Notes under the pieces: model-generated
What the model saw: the letters and a program-made list of their open reading frames with translations, nothing else
Database searches by the model: none
Told to the model about the DNA's origin: nothing
Origin: Delftia acidovorans NBRC 14950
GTDB taxonomy: Bacteria; Pseudomonadota; Gammaproteobacteria; Burkholderiales; Burkholderiaceae_C
Length of the DNA stretch: 32,000 bases
Assembly: GCF_001598795.1 (NCBI RefSeq)
Contig: NZ_BCZP01000015.1
Location: 1 to 32,000 of the forward strand
Direction: 5' to 3'
In this document: in pieces, positions 1 through 8,098 of the stretch
Layout: each line of letters opens with the position of its first letter
Position numbering within the stretch: the first letter of the stretch is position 1
Translations under genes and position numbers: made by a program

Positions 1-251
1 AAATCGGCCGGCTGACGCTGCAGGGCAGCAGCGAGGTGTACTCGCTGGGCCAGCTGGCGCTGGCCTGGCTGGAGCGGCCCGAGGGCCATCGCAATCTGGA
101 GGTGGTGGCCAATGCGCTGCAGGCCATTTGCGGGGCTGCGCAGCGGATGGAGGAGCTGGTGGAGGACGAGGTGAGCTACGTGCATTGCCTGCAGGAAGAC
201 CCGGCGTATCTGCGGCGAATGGCGGCTGCTGCGGTGGCGTTCCAGCGCTGA
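1..251 (+). CDS. 3' end of a CDS running in from the left edge (hypothetical protein, C-terminal ~83 codons)
   Basis: The reading frame is open from base 3 (IGRLTLQGSSEVYSLGQ...) to the TGA at 249-251. Composition is GC-rich and host-like. I recognise no family. Confidence 0.5.
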   Translation, partial: IGRLTLQGSSEVYSLGQLALAWLERPEGHRNLEVVANALQAICGAAQRMEELVEDEVSYVHCLQEDPAYLRRMAAAAVAFQR

Positions 252-276
252 TTCAGGCTTTCTTGTGACAGGCCTG

Positions 277-299
277 CCGGGGCATTGCGCCCCGGGTTT
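277..299. terminator. GC hairpin between convergent genes (possible terminator)
   Basis: CCGGGGC (277-283), loop ATTGC, GCCCCGG (289-295), then GTTT. It lies between the stop at 251 (+) and the stop at 307 (-). Confidence 0.4.
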
Positions 300-306
300 C
301 TGCAAA

Positions 307-588
307 TCAATCCAGGTCAGTTAGTTTCTTGAACCTTCCTGATTTATCCCATCCCCGGCCCTTCTCGCAGGAGACCTGTGCATATCCAAGATCCTTTCTT
401 AGGATGATGTCTTCGCTGATGGCACATATTTCTCCTTTTTCCAACACGAAGGCGACAATCAATGGATGATTGTTGTTTTTATAAATATCCACGGTATCCA
501 TTGCCTCCCATTGGCCCGTTGGCTCATAACTGCAGGCGGTCAATGCTATTGCGGAGATGATTCTGGTAGTGTTGGTGATTATTCTCAT
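307..588 (-). CDS. small lipoprotein, paralog A (candidate immunity protein)
   Basis: 93-aa ORF with a GGGAGA RBS upstream. The signal peptide has lipobox L-T-A-C (IALTAC). About 40 of 68 aligned residues are identical to the neighbouring ORF 713-1006 (hand alignment). DNA is low GC. Confidence 0.7.
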   Translation of the reverse strand: MRIITNTTRIISAIALTACSYEPTGQWEAMDTVDIYKNNNHPLIVAFVLEKGEICAISEDIILRKDLGYAQVSCEKGRGWDKSGRFKKLTDLD

Positions 589-712
589 TAAATAATCTCC
601 CTAAGGTTGGTTCTATTGTTTTGACTATTCAATTTCGAACTGACTTCATGCACTTTTGTCTGATTTTTGAGTGACCGCTATATTTTTTTGATGGCTGCCC
701 AGGTATAGCATC

Positions 713-1006
713 CTATTCACTCAATTTCTTGAATTTTCCTGTTATCTCCCATCCACTCCCCTTTGCGCATGAGACCTGTAAATAGCCCAAGTCTTTTCTG
801 ATAACGGGTTTTTTACTTACAGCGCAAATCTCACCTTTTTCTATAACGAATGCAATTTTCAACGGATGGTCATTTGTAGTGTAGACATACAAATCTTCTG
901 TTGCTTCCCATTGCCCTGCCGGCATGTATTCGTCGGGGTTGCTGCATGCGCTCAGTATGGTGGCAATGCAGGCTGTTGCATATGCTGCGAAAGCTCTTGA
1001 TTTCAT
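713..1006 (-). CDS. small lipoprotein, paralog B (candidate immunity protein)
   Basis: 97-aa ORF whose signal peptide has lipobox L-S-A-C (TILSAC). Its start ATG (1006-1004) overlaps the stop TGA (1005-1003) of the upstream gene as ATGA. DNA is low GC. Confidence 0.75.
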   Translation of the reverse strand: MKSRAFAAYATACIATILSACSNPDEYMPAGQWEATEDLYVYTTNDHPLKIAFVIEKGEICAVSKKPVIRKDLGYLQVSCAKGSGWEITGKFKKLSE

Positions 1007-1776
1007 GGATTCTTCTGGTAATTTATTCTTCTCAAAATTCTATTGGATCTTGAGATTATGATCAATAACTCCTTTGGTGAAACCAGGCGGGAAGTAGATG
1101 GCGACATTTGAAACCGCGGGTCGTGTGCCAGAATCCCAACTGACTCCAATACCTCTGCAACATTGGTTGAGCAACTATTTTCGGTAAGGCTGTACGGTTT
1201 TTGAGCAGCAACCCGCTTTTCAAGTTCTGCTTTGATTTTCGTCTTTTCCTCGCGAGACACTCTCAGCACCAAGCCAGTGACATCTCTTTTGACGGTTGCC
1301 AAATTCGATGAAAGATATTGCTCGCGCTCCAGTACAGCATATCTTGTTGGAGCCTGACTGTAGGTCTTTCCATCAATATCGATTGCAGCATGTCCCCACT
1401 GTGATCCCGGCCTGGTGAGAAGTGCGTCGTAAATGAACACCTCGATCGTAGGCTCCTCGATCATCGGCTCCGACCCCATGAATTGCGCCATACGCCGTTC
1501 ATAGCCAAAGATTGCCGGAGGCTGGGCCAGCAGTTCGAACATGCGGGTCGCTGGTGCAATCCGGCCCTGGGTCATGACGGGCGAGCCGGACAGTTGCTGA
1601 AAGGTGGCGATCGAGCGCTCCAGCGCCCGGGACCATCTGCCGTCCTCGCGCAGCAGTTTGCGGCAGGGATCGCGCTGCATATGTCCGTTGAGCAATTGCT
1701 GGACAGTGAACACGTCTTTGGGATGATTCATTGCCGCCCGCCCCACGGGACCGGAAATTCTTGCAGTTGTTGCCAT
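1003..1776 (-). CDS. peptidoglycan-binding-like domain fused to a permuted papain-like (His..Cys) putative hydrolase; candidate cell-wall toxin/effector
   Basis: 257-aa ORF with GGAGGGAG just upstream of the ATG at 1776. Residues ~20-85 resemble a PG_binding_1 repeat (VFTVQQLL...EDGRWSRALERSIATFQ...GRIAPATRMFELL). Residues ~110-215 carry GHAAIDIDGKTY (H129) followed 73 residues later by YSLTENSCSTNVAEVL (C202). That order and spacing recall PPPDE/DeSI and LRAT-type thiol hydrolases. No signal peptide is present. Confidence 0.75.
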   Translation of the reverse strand: MATTARISGPVGRAAMNHPKDVFTVQQLLNGHMQRDPCRKLLREDGRWSRALERSIATFQQLSGSPVMTQGRIAPATRMFELLAQPPAIFGYERRMAQFMGSEPMIEEPTIEVFIYDALLTRPGSQWGHAAIDIDGKTYSQAPTRYAVLEREQYLSSNLATVKRDVTGLVLRVSREEKTKIKAELEKRVAAQKPYSLTENSCSTNVAEVLESVGILAHDPRFQMSPSTSRLVSPKELLIIISRSNRILRRINYQKNP

Positions 1777-1923
1777 GGTCTCCCTCCGGTATGGACGCCG
1801 GCCGGCTGAAGCCGGCTCTCACGTTGGGGAAGATGCTATGCAAGGCCCTGGTGCAATGGACGGTGCGGTCTGCACTTTCGCGCACGAGAATTGACTGTGG
1901 GCGCAATGACGAATGAAAAAACG

Positions 1924-1962
1924 CCATCCGCATCGTTTTGTTGCGGATGGCGTCAGTGATGA
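1924..1962 (-). terminator. rho-independent terminator of the glucarate operon (minus strand)
   Basis: Perfect 12-bp stem ACGCCATCCGCA (1930-1941) / TGCGGATGGCGT (1951-1962) with a 9-nt loop. An A6 run on the + strand gives a U-tract on the minus-strand transcript. It lies 41 nt downstream of the stop at 2003. Confidence 0.75.
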
Positions 1963-2002
1963 AAGCAGTCGCCAGCACCTGGCGGCTGCTTTGGGTCCAG
2001 CC

Positions 2003-3451
2003 TCAGGCCAGCGTATACGCCGTCTTCACCGTCGTATAGAACTCCTGCGCATAGCGGCCCTGTTCGCGCGGGCCGTAGCTGCTGCCTTTGCGGCCGCCGA
2101 AGGGCACGTGGTAGTCCACGCCGGCCGTGGGAAGGTTGACCATGACCATGCCGGCCTGGCTGTGGCGCTTGAAGTGGGTGGCGTGCTTGAGGCTGGTGGT
2201 GGCAATGCCTGCGGCCAGGCCGAAGGGCGTGTCGTTGGCCACGGCCAGGGCTTCCTCGTAGTCCTTCACGCGGATGACGCTGGCCACGGGGCCGAAGACT
2301 TCCTCGCGGTTGATGCGCATGGCGGCCTGGGTGTCCACGAACAGGGTGGGCGCCATGTAGTAGCCCTGGTTGCCGCTGCCGGTGTGGCAGGCGGCGGCTG
2401 CGCCGCCCGCAGCCAGCACGGCACCTTCGGCCTTGGCGATTTCCACGTAGCTCAGGTCCTGCTCCAGCTGGGCCTGGCTGACCACGGGGCCCATGTCGGT
2501 GCCTGCGGCGCGGGCGTCGCCCACCTTGATCCTGGCCATGCGGGCCTGCAGGGCCTCGATGAAGGCGGGGTAGATCCTGTCGGTGACGATGAGGCGGCTC
2601 GATGCCGTGCAGCGCTGGCCCGTGGAGTAGAAGCCGCTTTGCGCGGACAGCTCCACGGCCTGGGTGAGGTCGGCGTCGTCCAGCACGATCTGCGGGTTCT
2701 TGCCGCCCATCTCCAGCTGCACCTTCTTGCCGCTTTCCACGCAGGCGCGGGCAATGCCGCGGCCCACGCCCACGGAGCCGGTGAAGCTGATGGCGGCCAC
2801 GTCGCTGTGGCGCACCAGGGCATCACCGATGACGCGGCCCGGGCCCATGACGAGGTTGAAGACACCGGCCGGAATGCCCGAGCGGTGAATGATGTCGGCC
2901 AGCGCCCAGGCGCTGCCGGGCACGAGGTCAGCAGGCTTCAGGACCACGCAGTTGCCGAAGGCCAGGGCCGGGGCGATCTTCCAGGCGGGAATGGCGATGG
3001 GGAAGTTCCACGGCGTGATCAGGCCCACCACGCCGACGGGCTCGCGCGTGATTTCCACGCCGATGCCGGGGCGCACGGAGGGCAGGGTTTCGCCGGCCAG
3101 GCGCAGGCATTCACCCGCGAAGAACTTGAAGATCTGGCCTGCGCGGCCGACTTCGCCAATGGCTTCGGGGCGGGTCTTGCCTTCCTCGCGCGCCAGCAGG
3201 TCGCCCAGCTCTTCCTTGCGGGCCAGGATTTCGTTGCCTATCTTGTCCAGGGCGTCGTGGCGGGCCTGGATGCCCGAGGTGCTCCAGGCGGGGAAGGCCG
3301 CGGCTGCCGCGGCGATGGCGGCTTCCACATCGGCGGCATTGCCCTGGGCGTACTCGCCGATCACATCGGACAGGTCGCTGGGGTTGGTGTTGGCGCTGTA
3401 GCCGTCGGCGGCCTTCCATTGGCCGTTGATGAGGTTGTCGTAGCGGGACAT
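2003..3451 (-). CDS. NAD(P)-dependent aldehyde dehydrogenase, probable alpha-ketoglutarate semialdehyde (2,5-dioxovalerate) dehydrogenase
   Basis: 482 aa with a clear ALDH-family sequence (FTGS, ELGGKNP-like EMGGKNP, catalytic QRCTA). The specific function is inferred from being the last gene of the gudD/kdgD operon. Confidence 0.88.
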   Translation of the reverse strand: MSRYDNLINGQWKAADGYSANTNPSDLSDVIGEYAQGNAADVEAAIAAAAAAFPAWSTSGIQARHDALDKIGNEILARKEELGDLLAREEGKTRPEAIGEVGRAGQIFKFFAGECLRLAGETLPSVRPGIGVEITREPVGVVGLITPWNFPIAIPAWKIAPALAFGNCVVLKPADLVPGSAWALADIIHRSGIPAGVFNLVMGPGRVIGDALVRHSDVAAISFTGSVGVGRGIARACVESGKKVQLEMGGKNPQIVLDDADLTQAVELSAQSGFYSTGQRCTASSRLIVTDRIYPAFIEALQARMARIKVGDARAAGTDMGPVVSQAQLEQDLSYVEIAKAEGAVLAAGGAAAACHTGSGNQGYYMAPTLFVDTQAAMRINREEVFGPVASVIRVKDYEEALAVANDTPFGLAAGIATTSLKHATHFKRHSQAGMVMVNLPTAGVDYHVPFGGRKGSSYGPREQGRYAQEFYTTVKTAYTLA

Positions 3452-3487
3452 GAGGTGCTCCGGGAAAGGGGTAACGGAAGGAAGGGG

Positions 3488-4825
3488 TCAGCGGACCATG
3501 CAGGGGCGCTTGTTGTCGAAGGTCCAGCCGGGAATCAGGTACTGCATGGCCATGGCGTCATTGCGCGCGCCCAGGCCGTGCTCCAGGTACAGGGCGTTGG
3601 CGCGCTGCAGCGCGGCGCGGTCCACGGTGACGCCCAGGCCCGGGGTCTTGGGCACCTCGACGAAGCCGCCCTTGATCTGCAGCGGGTTCTGGGTGAGGTA
3701 CTGGCCGTCCTGCCAGATCCAGTGCGTGTCGATGGCCGTGACCTTGCCGGGCACGGCGGCGGCCACGTGGGTGAACATGGCCAGCGAGATGTCGAAGTGG
3801 TTGTTGGAGTGCGATCCCCAGGTCAGGCCCCAGTCGCGGCAGGTCTGGCCCACGCGCACGGAGCCGGCCATGGTCCAGAAATGCGGGTCGGCCAGGGGGA
3901 TGTCCACGGACTGCAGCGACAGCGCATGCACCATCTGGCGCCAGTCGGTGGCGATCATGTTGGTGGCCGTGGGCAGGCCGGTGGCGCGGCGGAATTCGGC
4001 CATGACTTCGCGGCCCGAGAAGCCGTTCTCGGCGCCGCAGGGATCTTCGGCATAGGCGAGCACGCCGTGCATGTCGCGCATGAGGCGGATGGCGTCCTTG
4101 AGCAGCCAGCCGCCGTTGGGGTCCAGCGTGACGCGCGCCTGCGGAAAGCGCCTGGCCAGCGCGGTGACGGCCTCCACCTCCTGCTCGCCGGCCAGCACGC
4201 CGCCCTTGAGCTTGAAGTCGTTGAAGCCGTAGCGCGCGTGCGCCGCCTCGGCCTGGCGCACGATGGCGGCCGGGTCCATGGCGGTCATGTGGCGCACCTG
4301 CGTCCAGTCGTCGCTGCCGCTTTGGTCTTCGCCGGGCTGGACGTAGGGCAGGTCGGTCCTGTCGGTGGGGCCGGTGAAGAACAGGTAGCCCAGCATCTCC
4401 ACGCGGTCGCGCTGCTGGCCTTCGCCCAGCAGGGCCGCCACGGGCACGCCCAGGTGCTGGCCCAGCAGGTCCAGCAGCGCCGATTCCACGGCGGTGACGG
4501 CATGCACGGCAATGCGCAGATCGAAGGTCTGCAGGCCGCGCCCGCCCGTGTCGCGGCCGGCCAGGGCCTGCTGCAGGTTCTGCAGCAGCTTCAGGTGGTT
4601 GCCCACGGACTGGCCGATGAGCAGCGCCTTGCTGTCCTCCAGCGCCTGGCGTATGCCTTCGCCGCCAGGCACCTCGCCCACACCGGTGTGGCCCGCGCTG
4701 TCGTGCACGAGCACGATGTTGCGCGTGAAGTAGGGCGCATGCGCGCCGCTGAGGTTCATGAGCATGCCGTCGCGGCCGGCGACGGGAATGACTTCGATCT
4801 CGGTGATGGTCGGGGTGGAGGACAT
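3488..4825 (-). CDS. gudD: D-glucarate dehydratase (enolase superfamily)
   Basis: 445 aa starting [19 protein letters not shown]. GudD-type motifs are present: FKLKGG, DPNGGW, YAEDP, ATNM, HSNNH. The track ORF 3488-5080 carries an implausible 85-codon Arg/Pro-rich N-extension that overlaps the next gene, so the start is set at ATG 4825. Confidence 0.93.
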   Translation of the reverse strand: MSSTPTITEIEVIPVAGRDGMLMNLSGAHAPYFTRNIVLVHDSAGHTGVGEVPGGEGIRQALEDSKALLIGQSVGNHLKLLQNLQQALAGRDTGGRGLQTFDLRIAVHAVTAVESALLDLLGQHLGVPVAALLGEGQQRDRVEMLGYLFFTGPTDRTDLPYVQPGEDQSGSDDWTQVRHMTAMDPAAIVRQAEAAHARYGFNDFKLKGGVLAGEQEVEAVTALARRFPQARVTLDPNGGWLLKDAIRLMRDMHGVLAYAEDPCGAENGFSGREVMAEFRRATGLPTATNMIATDWRQMVHALSLQSVDIPLADPHFWTMAGSVRVGQTCRDWGLTWGSHSNNHFDISLAMFTHVAAAVPGKVTAIDTHWIWQDGQYLTQNPLQIKGGFVEVPKTPGLGVTVDRAALQRANALYLEHGLGARNDAMAMQYLIPGWTFDNKRPCMVR

Positions 4826-4868
4826 GGCGTGCTCTTGGATCGTTTGGATCGGTCTCTGGGAAAAAAGG

Positions 4869-5855
4869 CTATGCGGCGGCAGTGGCCGCCTGCTGCGCGG
4901 CGGACCACGGCACCTCGGCCTCGGGCCGGCCCGTGGCGATGAACTGCGCCAGGTTGCGCAGCACGAGGTCGGCCATGGCGCGGCGGGTTTCATGCGTGCC
5001 GCTGGCGATGTGGGGCGCAAGCACCACGTTGTCCTGCGACAGCAGCTCGGCATGGGGGCGTGGCTCGTCCTCGAACACATCCAGGCCCGCGCCTGCGATG
5101 CGGCCCTGCTGCAGGGCCTGGACCAGTGCGGCCTCGTCGACCACGCTGCCGCGCGCCACGTTGATCAGAAAGCCCTGCGGGCCCAGCGCGTCCAGCACCT
5201 CGGCGTTGACCAGGTGCTGCGTGCCGTCGCCGCCTGCGGCCGTGATGACGAGGAAGTCGCTCCAGCGTGCGAGTTCGAGCAGCGAGGGCTGGTAGAGGTG
5301 GGGCGATCCCACGACCGGGCGGCGGTTGTGATAGGCCACCTCCATGTCGAAGCCGGCCGCGCGGCGCGCCACGGTGGAGCCGATGCGGCCCATGCCGAAG
5401 ATGCCCAGGCGCTTGCCGCTGGCGCGCGTGCGGATGCCGAAGCGGCCTCGGCTCCAGTCGCCCCGGCGCACGAAGCGGTCGGACTCGCTCAGGCCACGCG
5501 CCGCATCCAGCAGCAGGGCAAAGGCCATGTCGGCCACGCAGTCGTCCAGCACGCCGGGCGTGTAGCCCACGCGGGCGCCCTGGCGCAGCAGGGACTCGCG
5601 GTCCAGCGCGTCAAAGCCCACGCCGAAGCTGCTCACGAAGCGCAGCCTGGGCAGGGCCTGCACCACGCTCGCGGGCACGCCCATGGCGGCCGAGGTGACC
5701 AGGTATTCGAACTGCGCGCCGTGCTCGGCGAGGAAGCGCTCGCGGTCGGGCTGCTCGGACAGCAGCGTCACCTCATAGGCCTGGGCCAGTTCGGCATCGA
5801 GCTGGGGCAGCGGCATCTTGCCGAACTGTAGAACGCGTGGACGGGAGGTCGCCAT
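4869..5855 (-). CDS. D-isomer-specific 2-hydroxyacid dehydrogenase (glyoxylate/hydroxypyruvate-reductase-like)
   Basis: 328 aa from [12 protein letters not shown]. It has the NAD-binding GIFGMGRIG motif and a catalytic-type ending (ARG...D, HIAS). Start chosen at ATG 5855. Confidence 0.88.
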   Translation of the reverse strand: MATSRPRVLQFGKMPLPQLDAELAQAYEVTLLSEQPDRERFLAEHGAQFEYLVTSAAMGVPASVVQALPRLRFVSSFGVGFDALDRESLLRQGARVGYTPGVLDDCVADMAFALLLDAARGLSESDRFVRRGDWSRGRFGIRTRASGKRLGIFGMGRIGSTVARRAAGFDMEVAYHNRRPVVGSPHLYQPSLLELARWSDFLVITAAGGDGTQHLVNAEVLDALGPQGFLINVARGSVVDEAALVQALQQGRIAGAGLDVFEDEPRPHAELLSQDNVVLAPHIASGTHETRRAMADLVLRNLAQFIATGRPEAEVPWSAAQQAATAAA

Positions 5856-6015
5856 GCCTTGGAATCCTTGGAACTTGCAGGGGCTGGAAGCCCCGGTGAA
5901 AAGGGCCTGCGTGGTGGCAGGCCTGCGGAGATGACCAGAGGCCAACCCGGATTTATCTCAGCTATCCCCTGTGCTCAATGTAGAAAAATCTGTTCAAAAC
6001 TGGCGCACTCCAACA

Positions 6016-6114
6016 TCAGGGACGCCGAGCAAGAGCCGCCTCGCGGCGAGGGCGTCGTCCCCCTCCCTTGCGAAGCAAGTAGAGAGGGGGAAGGCGCGAA
6101 GCGACTCAGGGGGT
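6016..6114 (-). repeat. REP-like structured intergenic repeat, copy A
   Basis: The reverse complement aligns over ~95 nt with 12462-12555 and 19840-19937. Shared core: CCCCCTGAG.CGCTTCGCGCCTTCCCCCT...GGGAGGGGGAC.ACGCC.TCGCCGCGAGGCGGCTCTTGCTCGGCGT. It contains internal complementary C5/G5 arms and begins 9 nt after the tctC stop at 6123. Confidence 0.8.
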
Positions 6115-6122
6115 GCCTCATT

Positions 6123-7082
6123 TCAATCAGCGGTGATTTTTCGGGTCTGAATCAGCTGCTTCCAGCGCTCCGATTCCTGGGCCTGGTAGCGCGTGAATTC
6201 CTCGGGCGTGTTGCCCACGATCTCCAGGCCCTGCTCCACGAAGCGCTTGCGGATGTCGGGCTGCTGCACGGAGGCGATGGCGGCCTTGGCCAGCTTGGCC
6301 TTCACATCGGCGGGCAGTCCCTTGGGCGCGGCCAGGCCTTGCCAGGAGTAGACCTCGGCACCCTTGACGCCGGCCTCGGCCAGCGTGGGCACATCGGGCA
6401 GCACGGGCGAGCGCTGGCTGCCGGTCACGGCGATCGCATGCAGCTTGCCGCTGCGCAGATGGGGCAGCACGGCGTTGACGTTCTGGAACGAGAAGTCCAC
6501 CTGGCCACCGATCAGGTCGGTGATGGCCGGGGCGCCGCCCTTGTAGGGCACGTGCATGCCTTCGGTGCCGCTTTGCTGCCAGAACAGCTCGGCCGACAGA
6601 TGGTCCGAGGAGCCGTTGCCCGAACTCGCGAAGCTGATCTTGCCGGGGTTGGCTTTGAGCGCGGCGATGACCTCGGCCACGGTGCGGGCCTTCTGCGCGG
6701 GGCTGGCCACGAGCACGTTGGGCGCCTGCACGGGGATGGTGATGTAGTCGAAGTCCTTGCCTGCGTCATAGGGCACGTTCTTGACCAGGTGCGGCGTGAC
6801 CACGAAGGGGCCCAGCGAGGCCACCAGCAGCGTGTAGCCATCGGCCGGTGCGCGCTTGACGGCGCCCGCGCCGATGGTGCCGGTGGCGCCCGGGCGGTTT
6901 TCCACCACGAAGGGCTTGCCCAGCTGCTCGCCCATGCTCAGGGCCATGGCGCGCGCCACGGTGTCGGTGGAGCCTCCGGCCGGGAAGGGCACGATGATGT
7001 TGACGGCCTTGTCCGGAAAGCTGCCGGCCGCCTGCGCCGTGAGGGCCAGTGCGGCACCCAGCGTGATCAGAATCTTCTTCAT
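6123..7082 (-). CDS. Bug-family (TctC-like) tripartite tricarboxylate transporter periplasmic solute receptor
   Basis: MKKILITLGAALALTAQAAG signal peptide, then the typical Bug core (PFPAGGSTD, ..YKGGAP). AGGAGACAAG RBS upstream. Confidence 0.9.
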   Translation of the reverse strand: MKKILITLGAALALTAQAAGSFPDKAVNIIVPFPAGGSTDTVARAMALSMGEQLGKPFVVENRPGATGTIGAGAVKRAPADGYTLLVASLGPFVVTPHLVKNVPYDAGKDFDYITIPVQAPNVLVASPAQKARTVAEVIAALKANPGKISFASSGNGSSDHLSAELFWQQSGTEGMHVPYKGGAPAITDLIGGQVDFSFQNVNAVLPHLRSGKLHAIAVTGSQRSPVLPDVPTLAEAGVKGAEVYSWQGLAAPKGLPADVKAKLAKAAIASVQQPDIRKRFVEQGLEIVGNTPEEFTRYQAQESERWKQLIQTRKITAD

Positions 7083-7140
7083 GTTCTTGTCTCCTGGGGG
7101 GCGCAAGGGCCGGACTGGCCCCTGCGTCCGGTCTTGTGGC

Positions 7141-8052
7141 TTATTGCGGGCCGAGCTTGTCGATCAGGGCCTTGAGCTCTTCCAGCTCGGAGGGCTTGAG
7201 GTCCGTCAGCGGGGCGCGCACGGGGCCTGCGTCGTGGCCGACCAGCTTGGCGCCGGCCTTGATGATGCTCACGCCGTAGCCTTCGACGCGGTTGCGGATC
7301 TTCAGGTAGGGCATGAAGAATTCCTTGAGCAGCTTGTGCTGCGTGGCCGTGTCGTCGGTGCGCACGGCTTCGTAGAACGCCATCGCCGTCTTGGGGATGA
7401 AGTTGAAGACGGCTGAGGAGTACACCGGCGTGCCCAGGGCCTTGTAGGCGGCCGCATAGACCTCGGCCGTGGGCAGGCCGCCCAGGTAGGCGAAGCGGTC
7501 GCCCATCTTCATGAAGATGGCGGACATGGTCTCGATGTTGCCCATGCCGTCCTTGAAGCCCACCAGGTTGGGGCAGCGCTCGGCCAGGATGGCCAGCGAT
7601 TCGGGCGTGAAGCGGGTGCGGTCGCGGTTGTAGACGATGACGCCGAACTTCACGCTCTTGCAGACCTGCTCCACATGGGCGATCAGGCCTTCCTGGCCGG
7701 CTTCGGTCAGGTAGTGGGGCAGCAGCAGGACGCCGTGGGCGCCCAGGCGCTCCGCTTCCTGGGCATGGGCAATGGCCGTGCGCGTGGGGCCGCCGGCGCC
7801 CGCGATGATGGGCACCTTGCCGCGGCAGGTGTCCACCGCGGTCTTGATGATCTGGCCGTATTCCTCGCCGTACAGCGAGAAGTACTCGCCCGTGCCGCCG
7901 GCCGCGAACAGCGCGCTGGCGCCGTAGGGGGCCAGCCATTCGAGGCGGGCCGCATAGCCCTTGGCATTGAAGTTGCCGTTGCTGTCGAAGTCCGTCACGG
8001 GGAAGGACAGCAGGCCGGAACTCATCACGTCTTTGAGGTCTTGGGGGGTCAT
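7141..8052 (-). CDS. kdgD: 5-dehydro-4-deoxy-D-glucarate dehydratase/decarboxylase (DapA/NAL superfamily)
   Basis: 303 aa, [23 protein letters not shown]...[11 protein letters not shown]. This is the KdgD-type class I aldolase fold, found in glucarate context. Confidence 0.92.
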   Translation of the reverse strand: MTPQDLKDVMSSGLLSFPVTDFDSNGNFNAKGYAARLEWLAPYGASALFAAGGTGEYFSLYGEEYGQIIKTAVDTCRGKVPIIAGAGGPTRTAIAHAQEAERLGAHGVLLLPHYLTEAGQEGLIAHVEQVCKSVKFGVIVYNRDRTRFTPESLAILAERCPNLVGFKDGMGNIETMSAIFMKMGDRFAYLGGLPTAEVYAAAYKALGTPVYSSAVFNFIPKTAMAFYEAVRTDDTATQHKLLKEFFMPYLKIRNRVEGYGVSIIKAGAKLVGHDAGPVRAPLTDLKPSELEELKALIDKLGPQ

Positions 8053-8098
8053 GGTGCTCTCGGGAATAAGGGTGGGGAAGAAAGAAAAAGGGGTGGAA

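Noticed and set aside
307-1776. Reading the left-end islet as a phage lysis cassette (modular endolysin with an N-terminal PG-binding domain plus Rz1-like lipoprotein spanins)
   Set aside because: - No holin, i-spanin or any other phage gene is adjacent.
- The two lipoproteins are paralogs of each other.
- They are ~95 aa and not Pro-rich.
- They have no C-terminal TM segment.
- The unit is bracketed by host terminators.

I keep this as the main alternative hypothesis to the toxin-immunity reading.
1913-4942. 1009-aa ORF on the + strand, the largest in the track
   Set aside because: It is antisense to three well-recognised genes (aldehyde dehydrogenase, gudD, start of the 2-hydroxyacid dehydrogenase). 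The translation is low-complexity Ala/Gly/His/Arg/Val with no recognisable domain. This is the typical stop-codon-poor shadow frame of high-GC DNA.
4826-5080. N-terminal extensions of track ORFs (gudD to 5080, 2-hydroxyacid dehydrogenase to 5945, gudD paralog from 9838, cupin from 29420, BrnA-like to 22648, IclR to 24295, fpr to 25041)
   Set aside because: The extensions overlap neighbouring genes or terminators and are compositionally odd. Internal ATG/TTG starts give family-typical N-termini and lengths, several of them with good RBSs.
6016-6114. Conserved peptide (..AEQEPPRGEGVVPL..) translated from all three REP-like copies, considered as a small conserved gene
   Set aside because: The conservation is at nucleotide level. 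The frame has no start codon or RBS in any copy and is embedded in different shadow ORFs. The element has internal dyad symmetry typical of a structured non-coding repeat.
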